This document shows, piece after piece, positions 1-9,617 of a stretch of 46,949 nucleotides of DNA. Every line of letters starts with the position of its first letter. Positions within the stretch are counted from its first letter, which is position 1. The stretch covers positions 1 to 46,949 of the forward strand of contig JAKAOB010000002.1 of assembly GCA_021812305.1 (NCBI GenBank), in the 5' to 3' direction. Both the position numbers and the translations under genes were made by a program. Source of the stretch: Thermoplasmata archaeon. GTDB taxonomy: Archaea; Thermoplasmatota; Thermoplasmata; Lutacidiplasmatales; UBA184. The notes below the pieces were generated by a model. It worked only from the letters and a program-made list of their open reading frames with translations, was not told the origin of the DNA and did no database searches.

Positions 1-398
1 CGGATCGCGAGGTGGCGCTTGTCGAGGAGGAACTCCTCGGTCTGATTGGCGAAGATCGGGAACGCCTCGCCCGCGTCGACGACCTCGATGCGGTCGGCGC
101 GCAGCTCGCGCCCGCCGGGGGCCCGCGGGTCCGCCGCGACGCTCCCCTCGACGACGACGGCCCCCTCGACCTGCACGCGCTCCGCGGCGGCGAACGCGTC
201 GGCGCCCACGCGGTCGCGCTTCGCGGTCACCTGGAGCGCGCCGGTCCGGTCGCGCAGGACCAGGAAGAGGATCCCCCCGCTCGACCGGGAGCGCAGGACC
301 CAGCCCCGGAGCCGTCGGCGCCCGCCGAAGGCGTCGGGGTCGAACGCGCTGCGGACGCTGTCGAACGCGGCGGGCGGGGCTACTGGTACTCCCGCCAC
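1..398 (-). CDS. asnS: Asparaginyl-tRNA synthetase, N-terminal part (runs off the window's left edge)
   Basis: Manual translation from GTG at 398: ...RLRGWVLRSRSSGGILFLVLRDRTGALQV...EAFPIFANQTEEFLLDKRHLAIR. This is an OB-fold anticodon domain followed by the AsnRS-type 'EFLLDxRHL' linker. Not in the ORF track. Overlaps the end of tfs. Confidence 0.85.
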   Translation of the reverse strand, partial: MAGVPVAPPAAFDSVRSAFDPDAFGGRRRLRGWVLRSRSSGGILFLVLRDRTGALQVTAKRDRVGADAFAAAERVQVEGAVVVEGSVAADPRAPGGRELRADRIEVVDAGEAFPIFANQTEEFLLDKRHLAI

Positions 399-691
399 TT
401 GTGCCCGCACTTGGTGCACTCGAAGATCCGGGTCTCGGGCTCGTCGGCCCCCCGGGTCTGCCGGAGCACCCAGTACGCCTCCGGGTTGCCGCACTTCGGA
501 CACTCCTCGTTCGCCTTCGGGAGCGTGGCGGCGGCGCGTTCCTCGAGGACAGGCATCTCGCGGGCCGTCGGGGTCGACGAGCCCACGACGCGGCCGTTCC
601 CGAGCGGAACGCGCGTGCCGCACGCCGCGCACCGCCAGACCCCGGCCGACTTGTCGGGGCGCATGAGGCGCTTGCACTTGGGACAGAACAT
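380..691 (-). CDS. tfs: Transcription factor S (TFS/RpoM)
   Basis: Two Zn ribbons (MFCPKC...CAAC; CPKC...CTKC) and the QTRGADEPET acidic hairpin. Confidence 0.95.
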   Translation of the reverse strand: MFCPKCKRLMRPDKSAGVWRCAACGTRVPLGNGRVVGSSTPTAREMPVLEERAAATLPKANEECPKCGNPEAYWVLRQTRGADEPETRIFECTKCGHKWREYQ

Positions 692-744
692 GCGTCCGGT
701 CGAGCCGGGGGAGCGTATTTGACGGTTGGGGGCCGCGCCCGGGG

Positions 745-2163
745 CTACGCGGACAGGACCTGATCCGGCGTCCCGGCCGAGGAGGGCGGGGCATCCGGCG
801 CCGCGACGCTCAGCGGGAGCGGCGAGGCCTTCGCCCCGGGAACGAGGAGCCGCCGCAGGTGCTCCGTCCGGCGGACGAGGTCCTCGCCCGTTCCGATGTC
901 GTGGCGCACGAGGTAGTCGCCCGAAACGAATCGCAGCGCGGCCTCGACCCGAACGGCCGCTTCGTGCACGGCGCTCGCCTCGCCGACGAGCGCGAGCCCG
1001 CGCGAGGTCGACAGGCGCACGCTCGCCGGCCCGGCGGGCTCGACGGAACCGTAGCGGACCCGGACGCCGGCGGACTCGATCGCCGGCAGGTCGAGCGTGA
1101 GCAGCCCGCCCGCGGTCGGCGCGGCGGGGTATCCGGGGGGGACCAGGTAGCGGACGACGGTCGCCCGAAGGCGGAAGTGCAGCAGCGTGGGGTCGACGCG
1201 GCCGGTCGCGACCCCGTAGAGCAGCTCGGCGAAGTTGCCCTCCTCGTAGAGCGAGAGCACGTTGATCGATTCGGGGTCGCCGAACCGGGCGTTGTACTCG
1301 AGCAGGATCGGCCCCTGCTGGGTGAGCATGAATCCGCCGTAGAGGATCCCGCGGTAGGGGATCCCTTCCTGCCGGAGCGCGTCCACGGTCCGGACGAGGA
1401 TCTCCACCGCCCGGTCGCGCATGGACGGGGAGAGGAACGGCAGAAGGTGGTCGCGCTGCGAGTACGAGCCCATCCCGCCGGTGTTGGCTCCGGTGTCGCC
1501 CTCCCCTACCCGCTTATAGTCCTGGACGACGGGCATCGGGTAGATCCCCGAGTCGGTGACGAACGCCATCAGGCTGAACTCCTCGCCTTCGACCCGCTCC
1601 TCGAGCAGGACGCCCTCGCGGCCGCTCGCCGTCGCGAGCAGCTGCTTGGCGTAGGACGCACCCTCGGCGGGCGTCGCGAAATCGGCGCCCTGGACCCGGA
1701 CCCCCTTGCCGCTCGTCAGGCCGACGGGCTTGACCACGAACGGCCGGTTGAGCTCGGCGACGCGCGCGTCGACCTCGTCCAGATTCATCACCGGGACCAC
1801 CCGGGGGGCCGCCGGGATCCCGTGCTTCGCCAGCAGCTCGCGGCAGAACTGCTTCGACGATTCGATCCGCGCGCCGGCACGCGAGGGACCGACGACGGGG
1901 ACCTCCGCCGCGCGCAGCGCATCCCCGACGCCCGCGGCGAGCGGGGCCTCGGGACCGATCACGGCGTAGTCGACGGCGCGTTCGCGGGCGACGCCGACGA
2001 CCGCCTCAGGGCGGTTCGGGTCGACGCGCGCGTAGGCCTTCGCGAGGGCGCTGAGGCCGGGGTTCGTCGAAGCGGCCGCCACCACGACCTGCGCGCCGGC
2101 CGCCGCGAGGCACTCGCCGATCGCGTGCTCCCGGGCGCCTCCGCCGACCACAAGGACGCGCAT
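745..2163 (-). CDS. purD: Phosphoribosylamine-glycine ligase
   Basis: MRVLVVGGGAREHA start, IGPEAPL, ESSK, GKGV, QDYKR..EGDTGANTGGMG, EYNARFGDPE. Confidence 0.95.
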   Translation of the reverse strand: MRVLVVGGGAREHAIGECLAAAGAQVVVAAASTNPGLSALAKAYARVDPNRPEAVVGVARERAVDYAVIGPEAPLAAGVGDALRAAEVPVVGPSRAGARIESSKQFCRELLAKHGIPAAPRVVPVMNLDEVDARVAELNRPFVVKPVGLTSGKGVRVQGADFATPAEGASYAKQLLATASGREGVLLEERVEGEEFSLMAFVTDSGIYPMPVVQDYKRVGEGDTGANTGGMGSYSQRDHLLPFLSPSMRDRAVEILVRTVDALRQEGIPYRGILYGGFMLTQQGPILLEYNARFGDPESINVLSLYEEGNFAELLYGVATGRVDPTLLHFRLRATVVRYLVPPGYPAAPTAGGLLTLDLPAIESAGVRVRYGSVEPAGPASVRLSTSRGLALVGEASAVHEAAVRVEAALRFVSGDYLVRHDIGTGEDLVRRTEHLRRLLVPGAKASPLPLSVAAPDAPPSSAGTPDQVLSA

Positions 2164-2274
2164 CGGGCCGCCCAACCATGGGGTTCGCATATAGCCGTGT
2201 TGGACGGCGCTCCGCCGGCCGACACGCGGGCCGCCACCGTTAAGAAGGGGACCCCCGTGGCCGCGCCGACGCGC

Positions 2275-2562
2275 ATGGAGATCCACGTCGCCGAGAAGGA
2301 GCACGATGCGCTGCGCATCGAGCTGCCGAAGGGCGAGGAGACCCTCTTGATCCCCCTCGTCGAGGCCCTCCAGGCCGAGGAGAAGGTCGTCGAGGCACGC
2401 TACTACCTGGGCCACCCCTTCCTCGACAAGCCGAGCCTCTACCTCCGGACCAAGGGAGAAAAGCCCCAGGCGGTCCTCAAGCGCGTGCTGAAGGACCTCG
2501 CCGACGTCTACGGCGATGCCCTGCAGGACTTCGACAAGAAGGCGGACAAGATCAAGTCGTAG
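2275..2562 (+). CDS. rpoL: RNA polymerase subunit L (Rpo11)
   Basis: MEIHVAEKEHDALRIEL..EETLL..L...V.EARYYLGHPFLDKPSLYLRT is the Rpo11 pattern. TATA-like GTTAAG at about 2239. Confidence 0.85.
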   Translation: MEIHVAEKEHDALRIELPKGEETLLIPLVEALQAEEKVVEARYYLGHPFLDKPSLYLRTKGEKPQAVLKRVLKDLADVYGDALQDFDKKADKIKS

Positions 2563-2576
2563 GGGGCTCCCCGCCG

Positions 2577-3227
2577 ATGCTCAAGGAGTGCGCGCAGCAC
2601 GGTTACTTCCGGGCCGAGAGCTGTCCGGTCTGCAACGCCTCCGGCCGCTTCCTCATGAACGACCGGGAGCTCGACCATCTCGGGCGGGTCATGACCGGCA
2701 TCCTCCGGCATTTCCCGGAGAAGTACGGCCTTACCGTCGACGCCCACGGGTGGATCGAGCTCCCGCGGCTCGTCCAGGCCATCCAGGGCCACCACCGCGG
2801 CTACCACTGGTTGCGCACCCACCACCTGGTCGCGATCGCGGAGAGCGACGCGAAGGGCCGCTACGAGGTCAAGGACGATCGGGTCCGGGCGACCTACGGT
2901 CACACCGTCGAGGTCGACCTCGACCTGCCCACCGAGAACATCCCGGACGAGCTGTTCTTCCCCGTCACCCCCGAAGAGGCCGCGATCGTCCTCGAGGTCG
3001 GGCTCAAGCCGTCGGACCGACGCAAGGTCCACCTGTCGCGGACGGCGGCCGACGCGCGCGCCGCGGGGGCCGTCCGCACCCCGGAGCCCGTGATCCTCGA
3101 GGTGGACGCCCGCCGCGCCCGCGCGGACGGCATCGTGATCATGCAGGCGGGGAAGACCGTCTTCCTGACCGACCAGGTCCCCCACGACTACCTCAAGCGC
3201 CACGAGGCGCCCGGCGCGCCCGACTGA
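2577..3227 (+). CDS. kptA: RNA 2'-phosphotransferase KptA/Tpt1 with N-terminal Zn ribbon
   Basis: ILRHFP, KGRYE, RATYGHT, GLKPSDRRKVHLS motifs; N-terminal C..H....CPVC. Confidence 0.93.
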   Translation: MLKECAQHGYFRAESCPVCNASGRFLMNDRELDHLGRVMTGILRHFPEKYGLTVDAHGWIELPRLVQAIQGHHRGYHWLRTHHLVAIAESDAKGRYEVKDDRVRATYGHTVEVDLDLPTENIPDELFFPVTPEEAAIVLEVGLKPSDRRKVHLSRTAADARAAGAVRTPEPVILEVDARRARADGIVIMQAGKTVFLTDQVPHDYLKRHEAPGAPD

Positions 3228-3240
3228 ACGCGGGCGGTCC

Positions 3241-3849
3241 TCAACCGAGGACGACGTTCGACTGGTAGTTGGTCGCGACGTACACGGTCTGGACGATCCC
3301 CGACGAGGGGAGGTAGGGGTTCTCGAAGACGAGGTAGAACGTGTCGGTGTACGGCGCGGCGAAGACGAGCGGGGCCGAGGAAGCGCCGGTGCTGTTCCAC
3401 TGCGCTACCGTCGGCTGGCCGTGGACGAACGCCACGAACTCGGAGGAATTGTACACCTGGAAGGTGAGCGACGTCCCCACCGGGCTGAGGACGGTGTAGT
3501 TGCCGTCGATGTAGTCCTCGCCGGTGATCGACCCGCTCAGGTAGGTGTAGCTCCCCGGGGCGATCGTGTAGGTCCCCCGGGTCGTGAGGGGATCGGGGAA
3601 CGTGGGCGGGCCGGCCAGGACCGCGCTCAGGATCGCGTAGGCGATGCCCACGGCGACCCCCACCACGATGAGGGAACGCACGCCTTGGCTGAGCCTCAGG
3701 TGGCGGCGCTGGCGCGCCGGCAGGCGGGGGATCTCCTCGGGGCGGACCGCGGCGCCCGTCCCGCACCTCGGGCAGACCGTCTCTCCCGGCGCGACGGTCC
3801 CCGCGCAGAAGCGGCAGGTGCGCCAGGTCGTGTCGTCCGGGTCGGTCAC
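3241..3849 (-). CDS. Membrane protein with Zn ribbon, one TM helix and a beta-rich (GOLD-like) outer domain
   Basis: CRFC...CPRC, a hydrophobic segment, and a beta-rich C-terminus (DTFYLVFEN). Confidence 0.7.
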   Translation of the reverse strand: MTDPDDTTWRTCRFCAGTVAPGETVCPRCGTGAAVRPEEIPRLPARQRRHLRLSQGVRSLIVVGVAVGIAYAILSAVLAGPPTFPDPLTTRGTYTIAPGSYTYLSGSITGEDYIDGNYTVLSPVGTSLTFQVYNSSEFVAFVHGQPTVAQWNSTGASSAPLVFAAPYTDTFYLVFENPYLPSSGIVQTVYVATNYQSNVVLG

Positions 3850-3925
3850 GGGGGCGGCGTCCCAGCCGGCACGGGGGTTTTCCCCGTTTCGTATGAACCC
3901 GGCGCCACCGCCCCACCGGCCCGGG

Positions 3926-5410
3926 CTACGCGGACCGGCGCGGCTTCGCCGCGCCGAGATTGACGAGGACGTTCTTGCGGCGGGTGAACTGGCGGACCGT
4001 GTCGGTCCCCTGCTCGAAGCCGATGCCGCTGTCCTTGAACCCGCCGAACGGCGTCTGCGGGTAGCTGTTCGGTGGTTCGTTGACCGAGACCATGCCGGCC
4101 TCGAGCTGCCGCGCGACGGTGTGCGCCCGGACCAGGTCCCGGGTCCAGAGGGCCGCGAAGAGGCCGTAGCGGGAGTCGTTCGCCAGGCGGACCGCCTCGT
4201 CGGCCTCGTCGAACTCCTGGACCGTCAGCACGGGACCGAACACCTCCTCGCGCACGATCCGGGCATCGGGCGGAGCGTCGGCGACGACCGTCGGCCGCAC
4301 GAAATTGCCCCGCGCGAGACTCGGCTCGTCGACCTTCACCCCGCCGGTCACGATCCGCGCCCCCGCTCCGCGCGCCTCCTCGATGAACCCGACGACCCGC
4401 GCCAGGTGATCGGCGGCCACGAGCGGTCCCATCTCCGTCGCCGGGTCCGTGCCGGGGCCGAGGTGGTAGGCTTCGGCGAGCGCGCGGACCTTCGCCAGCA
4501 GCTCGTCCCGCACCGGCCGCGCGACGAGCAGCCGGCTCCCCGCCCAGCACATCTGGCCGGCGTTGCCGAAGATGCCGAACGCGATCCCCTTCGCGGCCCG
4601 GTCGAGGTCCGCGTCCGGGAACACGATCACCGGGCTCTTTCCCCCGAGCTCGAGCGTGACCGGGATCACGCGTCGGCCGGCGAGCTCGGCGATCCGCTGG
4701 CCGACCTCGCCGCTGCCCGTGAAGGCGACGGAGCGGCCCCGCCGGTCGCTGACGAGCGCCTCCCCGACGTCGGTTCCGCCCCCGACGACCACGTTGAGTA
4801 TCCCGTCCGGTATCCCCGCCTCCTTCGCCAGACGGGCGAGCGCGAGCGCCGTGAGGGGGGTGGCGCTCGCCGGCTTGAGGACGGCGGCGTTGCCCGCCGC
4901 CAGGGCCGGCGCGACGGAGCGCATGGCGAGCAGGAGCGGGTAGTTCCAAGGAGCGATGTGCACCGTCACCCCGAGCGGTTCGCGCAGCGTGAAGTCGAAG
5001 CGGGGGCCCGGAACGGGGATGGTCTCCCCCTCGATCTTGTCGGCGAGACCGGCGACGTACTCGAACGTCCGCACGACGTACGCCACGTCGCCCCGCGCCT
5101 CCTTGAGCGGCTTGCCCATGTTGCGGGTCTCGAGGAGGGCGAGCGGCTCGGCGCGCTCCTCGATCAGGCGCGCCAGGCGATACAGGGTCCGCCCGCGTTT
5201 GGCGCCGTCGTCCCCCGCCCAGGCGCTCTCGCGGAACGCGCGCTCGGCGGACTCCATCGCGAACCGGGCATCGTCGGCGGTTCCGAAGGCGACGGTCGTG
5301 AGCGGATCGTTCGTCGCCGGATCGAGGAGGGTCCGCGTTCCGCCGCCGGAGGCCGGGACCTCCGCGCCGCCGATGAAGAGGTTGTAGCGGGGCTCGATGG
5401 ACGCCGACAT
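3926..5410 (-). CDS. NAD(P)-dependent aldehyde dehydrogenase
   Basis: APWNYP, FTGS, LELGGKSP, NAGQMC (catalytic Cys), EEVFGP, PFGGFKDSG. Confidence 0.95.
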   Translation of the reverse strand: MSASIEPRYNLFIGGAEVPASGGGTRTLLDPATNDPLTTVAFGTADDARFAMESAERAFRESAWAGDDGAKRGRTLYRLARLIEERAEPLALLETRNMGKPLKEARGDVAYVVRTFEYVAGLADKIEGETIPVPGPRFDFTLREPLGVTVHIAPWNYPLLLAMRSVAPALAAGNAAVLKPASATPLTALALARLAKEAGIPDGILNVVVGGGTDVGEALVSDRRGRSVAFTGSGEVGQRIAELAGRRVIPVTLELGGKSPVIVFPDADLDRAAKGIAFGIFGNAGQMCWAGSRLLVARPVRDELLAKVRALAEAYHLGPGTDPATEMGPLVAADHLARVVGFIEEARGAGARIVTGGVKVDEPSLARGNFVRPTVVADAPPDARIVREEVFGPVLTVQEFDEADEAVRLANDSRYGLFAALWTRDLVRAHTVARQLEAGMVSVNEPPNSYPQTPFGGFKDSGIGFEQGTDTVRQFTRRKNVLVNLGAAKPRRSA

Positions 5411-5444
5411 GCACCGACCGGCGCCGCCGAGAGAGCTCGGTCGC

Positions 5445-6617
5445 TTAACCTCGTCGCGCCGCATCGCCCGGTCCCTCGCCGGGGTCGAGCGGGTAGGTCC
5501 GGCCCTTCCATAGCAGCGGTCGGCGCGCGACGCCGCGACGGATCGAGGCGCCGACGAGGACGACGTAGAAACCGACGGCGACCGGGAAGAGCAGGCCGTA
5601 GGCGGCCGGGCCCCGCGCGCCCGCGGTGAACGCCACGTGCTTGACGAAGAGCAGGGCGGCCAGAACCGCCCCGACCCCGGCGACGAGCGGATCGTGGAGC
5701 GCGATGCCGAGCGGGAGCAGGCCGAGCGGGAGCCAAAAGAGCCCCACGAGCGCGACGAGGAAGCCGGTCTGGCGGGCCGCCGAGAATCTCAGCCCGTGGA
5801 CGTTCTTGAGGAGGCCCTCGAACATCTCGTGCCGGTCGCGGTACATCCGGGTGGTGAGCAGCTCCGGTGCCCAGGCGACCCTCAGCCGCCGGCCCTTCGA
5901 ACGGAGCTCCTGGGCGAGGCGCACGTCCTCGAGGACCGCTCCACGGATGCGGGCATGCCCCCCCACGGCGTCGTACGCGGCCCGTCGGACCAGGGTGTAC
6001 TGCCCGTTGGCCATCGCGGCCCGGGAGTTCGCCCGATTGACCCGCGGGGTACGGAAGTACGTGAGGACCATCTGGGTGTAGAACGGCAGCACGACCTTCT
6101 CCCAGAACCCGACGGTCTCGATCCGGGGGGCGAGGGTCACGAGGTCGGCCCCCTCGGCCTCGGCCCACTCCACGCTGCGGCGCACCGTCTCCGGTCCGTA
6201 GTGCATGTCCGCATCGGTGAAGAGAAGGTACTCCCCCGAGGCGGCGGAGGCGCCGAGGTGACAGGCCCAGTTCTTCCCGACCCAGCCCGCGGGTAGGGGA
6301 GGCTCTTCGAGGAGGCGCACCCGCGGAGCGCGGGCCCGTGCGACCTCGCGCGTCCCGTCGGTCGAACCGCCGTCCACGACGAGGATCTCGAGGTCCGGGT
6401 AGTCCTGCGCGATCAGCGAATCGAGGCACCCGGGAAGATCCGCCTCCTCGTTGCGGGCCGCGATGACGGCGCTCACCCGGGATCTCCGCTCCGGTAGGGT
6501 GGCCGGGGCCGGGTCGAGCCGCGGCATCTGGAGGGCGAAAACGACCGCGACCCCATGGAAGACGAGGACCGCCCCCGTCCCCGCGAGCAGGAGGAGGATC
6601 CCACCGAGAGACAGCAT
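5445..6617 (-). CDS. Membrane-bound family 2 glycosyltransferase (CrtQ/CruC/HpnB-like lipid or carotenoid GT)
   Basis: AARNEE, VVDGGSTDGT, PAGWVGKNWAC, FTDAD, ANGQY, EDV, RMY and a C-terminal WKGRTY; TM helices. Confidence 0.85.
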   Translation of the reverse strand: MLSLGGILLLLAGTGAVLVFHGVAVVFALQMPRLDPAPATLPERRSRVSAVIAARNEEADLPGCLDSLIAQDYPDLEILVVDGGSTDGTREVARARAPRVRLLEEPPLPAGWVGKNWACHLGASAASGEYLLFTDADMHYGPETVRRSVEWAEAEGADLVTLAPRIETVGFWEKVVLPFYTQMVLTYFRTPRVNRANSRAAMANGQYTLVRRAAYDAVGGHARIRGAVLEDVRLAQELRSKGRRLRVAWAPELLTTRMYRDRHEMFEGLLKNVHGLRFSAARQTGFLVALVGLFWLPLGLLPLGIALHDPLVAGVGAVLAALLFVKHVAFTAGARGPAAYGLLFPVAVGFYVVLVGASIRRGVARRPLLWKGRTYPLDPGEGPGDAARRG

Positions 6618-6675
6618 CGGCCGCGCGAGCGCTCGCCCTATTAAGGCGCGCCCGGTCCTTGCCGTCGACCCAGTG

Positions 6676-8289
6676 ATGGACCGCGTGGAGCACCCGCGCA
6701 TCCGGCCGGGCGTCCTCGAGAACCGCCTCTACCAGGAGCGGATCAGCGAGACGGCGGCCCACCACAACACGCTCGTCGTCCTACCGACCGGGCTCGGCAA
6801 GACCGCGATCGCGCTCCGGGTGATCGCCCAACATCTGCTCGACCACCCGACGCGCTCGGTGCTCTTCCTCGCCCCCACCCGTCCGCTGGTGGTCCAGCAC
6901 GCCCGAAGCGTTGGGGAGAGCCTCTTCGCACCGGAACCCGTCGTCCTCACGGGGACGATCTCCCCCGAGCGCCGACTCGCCTTGCTCGCGCCGCCCCAGG
7001 TCGTCGTCGCGACGCCCCAGGTGATCGCGAACGATCTCCGGGGGGGGGCGGCCTCCCTCGACGCGTACTCCCTCATCGTCTTCGACGAGGCGCACCGCGC
7101 GGTCGGCGACTACCCCTATGTGATGATCGGCCGAACGAACCGGGACTCCCCCCGCGCCCGGGTGCTCGCGATGACCGCCTCGCCGGGAAGCCGGAAGGAC
7201 CGTATCGAGGAGGTCTGGGCGAACCTCGGGATCGAACGGTTCGAGTACCGCACCGCCGACGACGACGATGTCCGGCCGTACTTCCACGGCATCGGCGTCG
7301 AGAACATCGTCGTGCCGGTCCCGCCGGAGGTCCGCCACCTCGGCATCCTCTTGCGCGCCGCGGTCCGTCGGCAGGCGGAGCTGCTCCGCCGGTTCGGGCT
7401 GCTCGCGGACGGGGAGGCCACGCGGCGCGACCTCCTCGTGATCAGCCAACGCCTCCAGCGGGAGGTGCAAGCCGCCCGCCACCGGGGCGAGAACGCGGCG
7501 AACGGTGTGTGGGCCGCGCTCACCGCCGAGGCCGTGGCGATGAAGGGCCTGCACGCGCTCGAACTGATCGAGACGCAGGGTGTCGAGGCCCTTCGCGAGT
7601 TCTTCGAGAAGCAAGCGCCCCGCGCCGGCGCCCGACCGACCCCCGCGCAACGGACGTTCCTTGGGGATCCGGACGTCCAGAAGGTCCGGGAGCTCCTGCG
7701 CTCGCTCACCCTCGAGCACCCCAAGGTGGCGCGGGCCGTCGCGGTCGTGACCGAGGAGCTCCACCGCGCCCCCGGGTCGCGGGTGATCGTCTTCGCCCAG
7801 TACCGGGACACCGCGTCGCTCCTCGTCGAGGAGCTGCGTCGCGGCGCCGACCCCGTCGTGCGCCCCGCCCGGTTCGTCGGACAGGCGAGCCGCGTGCGCG
7901 ACGAAGGGCTCAGCCAGAAGGAACAGATCGCTCTCCTCGATGAATTCCGCACCGGACGGATCAACTGCCTCGTCGCGACGTCGGTCGCCGAAGAGGGGCT
8001 CGACATCCCGTCGACGGACCTCGTCCTGTTCTACGAACCGGTGCCGAGCATGATCCGCACGATCCAGCGCCGGGGGCGGACGGGCCGCGCGCGGGCCGGC
8101 CGAGTCGTCGTCCTCGTGGCGGAGGGGACCCGCGACGTGAGCCTGGAGCGGTCCGCCCGTTCCAAGGAACGACGCATGCACGATCTGCTCGAGGAGATCC
8201 AGTCCGAGATGGATCGGGGGCGTCCTCCCCCTCCCCCGCCGGCCCACCGTGTCCAGAGCGTCCTCGACGAGTTCGGCGGCCGCCCGTAG
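6676..8289 (+). CDS. hef: Hef/FANCM-like SF2 helicase with no ERCC4 nuclease domain
   Basis: LPTGLGKT, LAPTRPLV, DEAH, TASPG, ATSVAEEGLDIP, QRRGRTGR; C-terminal PIP-like QSVLDEF. Confidence 0.92.
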   Translation: MDRVEHPRIRPGVLENRLYQERISETAAHHNTLVVLPTGLGKTAIALRVIAQHLLDHPTRSVLFLAPTRPLVVQHARSVGESLFAPEPVVLTGTISPERRLALLAPPQVVVATPQVIANDLRGGAASLDAYSLIVFDEAHRAVGDYPYVMIGRTNRDSPRARVLAMTASPGSRKDRIEEVWANLGIERFEYRTADDDDVRPYFHGIGVENIVVPVPPEVRHLGILLRAAVRRQAELLRRFGLLADGEATRRDLLVISQRLQREVQAARHRGENAANGVWAALTAEAVAMKGLHALELIETQGVEALREFFEKQAPRAGARPTPAQRTFLGDPDVQKVRELLRSLTLEHPKVARAVAVVTEELHRAPGSRVIVFAQYRDTASLLVEELRRGADPVVRPARFVGQASRVRDEGLSQKEQIALLDEFRTGRINCLVATSVAEEGLDIPSTDLVLFYEPVPSMIRTIQRRGRTGRARAGRVVVLVAEGTRDVSLERSARSKERRMHDLLEEIQSEMDRGRPPPPPPAHRVQSVLDEFGGRP

Positions 8290-8298
8290 AGCGGGCGC

Positions 8299-8763
8299 CT
8301 ATCGGCCGGTGCTGCCGAACCCGCCCCGGCGCGACCCCATCGGCCGGACGGTCCCCGGTCGGAACACCGCGATACGGTCGGCGACCAAGCGGATCTGTCC
8401 GATCCGGTCGCCGACCTCGATCTCGTACGACCCCGGGAAGAGGTAGGTGAGGGGAACCTTCACCTCGCCGGCGTAGTCGCGGTCGATCGTGCCCGGGGCG
8501 TTCGCCATCAGGACGCCCTTCGTGCTGAGCCCGCTGCGGGGGCGGACCTCGAGAAAGGTGCCCGGTGGGGCGCGCATCCTCAGGCCCGTACGCACCAGGG
8601 TGATCTGGCCGTACGTGAGAGCCGCGGCCTCGGCCGCCCGGAGGTCAAAGCAGGCCGACCCGTCGGTCGCCCGAGCCGGCAGCGGGACCGACGCGGCGCC
8701 GTCCACCCTCTCCACGACGATTCGGCCCGGGCGCGCCACACCGGGGGACCGGCGTCCGTTCAT
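8299..8763 (-). CDS. dut: Trimeric dUTPase
   Basis: All five motifs present: GSACFDL, PRSGLS, GTIDRDYAGE, GDRIGQ, RRGGFGSTG. Confidence 0.92.
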   Translation of the reverse strand: MNGRRSPGVARPGRIVVERVDGAASVPLPARATDGSACFDLRAAEAAALTYGQITLVRTGLRMRAPPGTFLEVRPRSGLSTKGVLMANAPGTIDRDYAGEVKVPLTYLFPGSYEIEVGDRIGQIRLVADRIAVFRPGTVRPMGSRRGGFGSTGR

Positions 8764-8801
8764 CTACCTTTTGGCGCGGGGGCGGGCCCCCCCTGCCCCG
8801 C

Positions 8802-9527
8802 TCAGGGGACGAGGTCCGTTGGACCTTCCGACGGGCCCCCGGTCTCCTCCGTGGAGAGCGCCCGCGCCACGAGAAGCCCCTCCGCCCGTCGAAGCATCTT
8901 CCCGAGCGCCGGCGGGCTTTGGCCTGTCAGGCGGGCGAGCCGTGTCAGGGTGATGCGACGCGGAACGGCGAAGTAGCCGAGGGTCCACGCGCGGGCGAGA
9001 ACCTCCCGCTGTCGGGCCGTGAGCCGGGCCTCGCCGGCGTCCGCGAGGTACGGGTGGGCGGAGGCGCGGACCACCCGGAACGGCATCTCCTGCCGCTGGA
9101 GCCAGCGCAGGACGCGGCGCAGCCAGCGCTCCTCACCGTGGAACGTGGCGACGACACGGGTCGGGGTGAGCCGGAACGGGATCGTCGGGGTGATGTGGCC
9201 CCCCGCGAGCTCGAGGAGGCGCTTGAGGCCGGGGGGGTTGCGTTGCCGCACGAGGAGGATGTAGTCCCGGGTCCGAGGGCGACGCTCGACCAGCTCCAGC
9301 CGCTGGAGCCCGTACAGGCTTCGGATGCGCCGGGACTCGCGCTCGAGCTCGGCGGCGCTCCGCAGGGCTCCGCGCCGTCGGACCCGCAGCAGCTGCAGCC
9401 GCCAGCCGTGCTCCAGCCGGAGGGTCTCGAGCAGCTCCACCTCCTCGTAGCGGGCGAAGAACCCCTCGGGGACGATCCCGAGGACTTCGAGATCCGGGGT
9501 GCGGAACTCGAGCGTGACGGTCTGCAT
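8802..9527 (-). CDS. HTH-10 (Bat-like) transcriptional regulator
   Basis: C-terminal LTARQREVLARAWTLGYFAVPRRITLTRLA...LRRAE signature. Confidence 0.85.
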   Translation of the reverse strand: MQTVTLEFRTPDLEVLGIVPEGFFARYEEVELLETLRLEHGWRLQLLRVRRRGALRSAAELERESRRIRSLYGLQRLELVERRPRTRDYILLVRQRNPPGLKRLLELAGGHITPTIPFRLTPTRVVATFHGEERWLRRVLRWLQRQEMPFRVVRASAHPYLADAGEARLTARQREVLARAWTLGYFAVPRRITLTRLARLTGQSPPALGKMLRRAEGLLVARALSTEETGGPSEGPTDLVP

Positions 9528-9587
9528 CGGCGCCGCCAGGGAGGGTTTCCGTATGAACCCGAGGCCGTTCGCGGCGGGTTCCCCGCC

Positions 9588-9594
9588 TTAAATA
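9588..9594 (+). promoter_or_regulatory. TATA box of the ubiD-ubiA operon (probably a leaderless transcript)
   Basis: TTAAATA about 24 nt upstream of ATG 9618 in a GC-rich background. Confidence 0.65.
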
Positions 9595-9617
9595 CGCCGG
9601 CCGGCCTCCCGCCGGCG

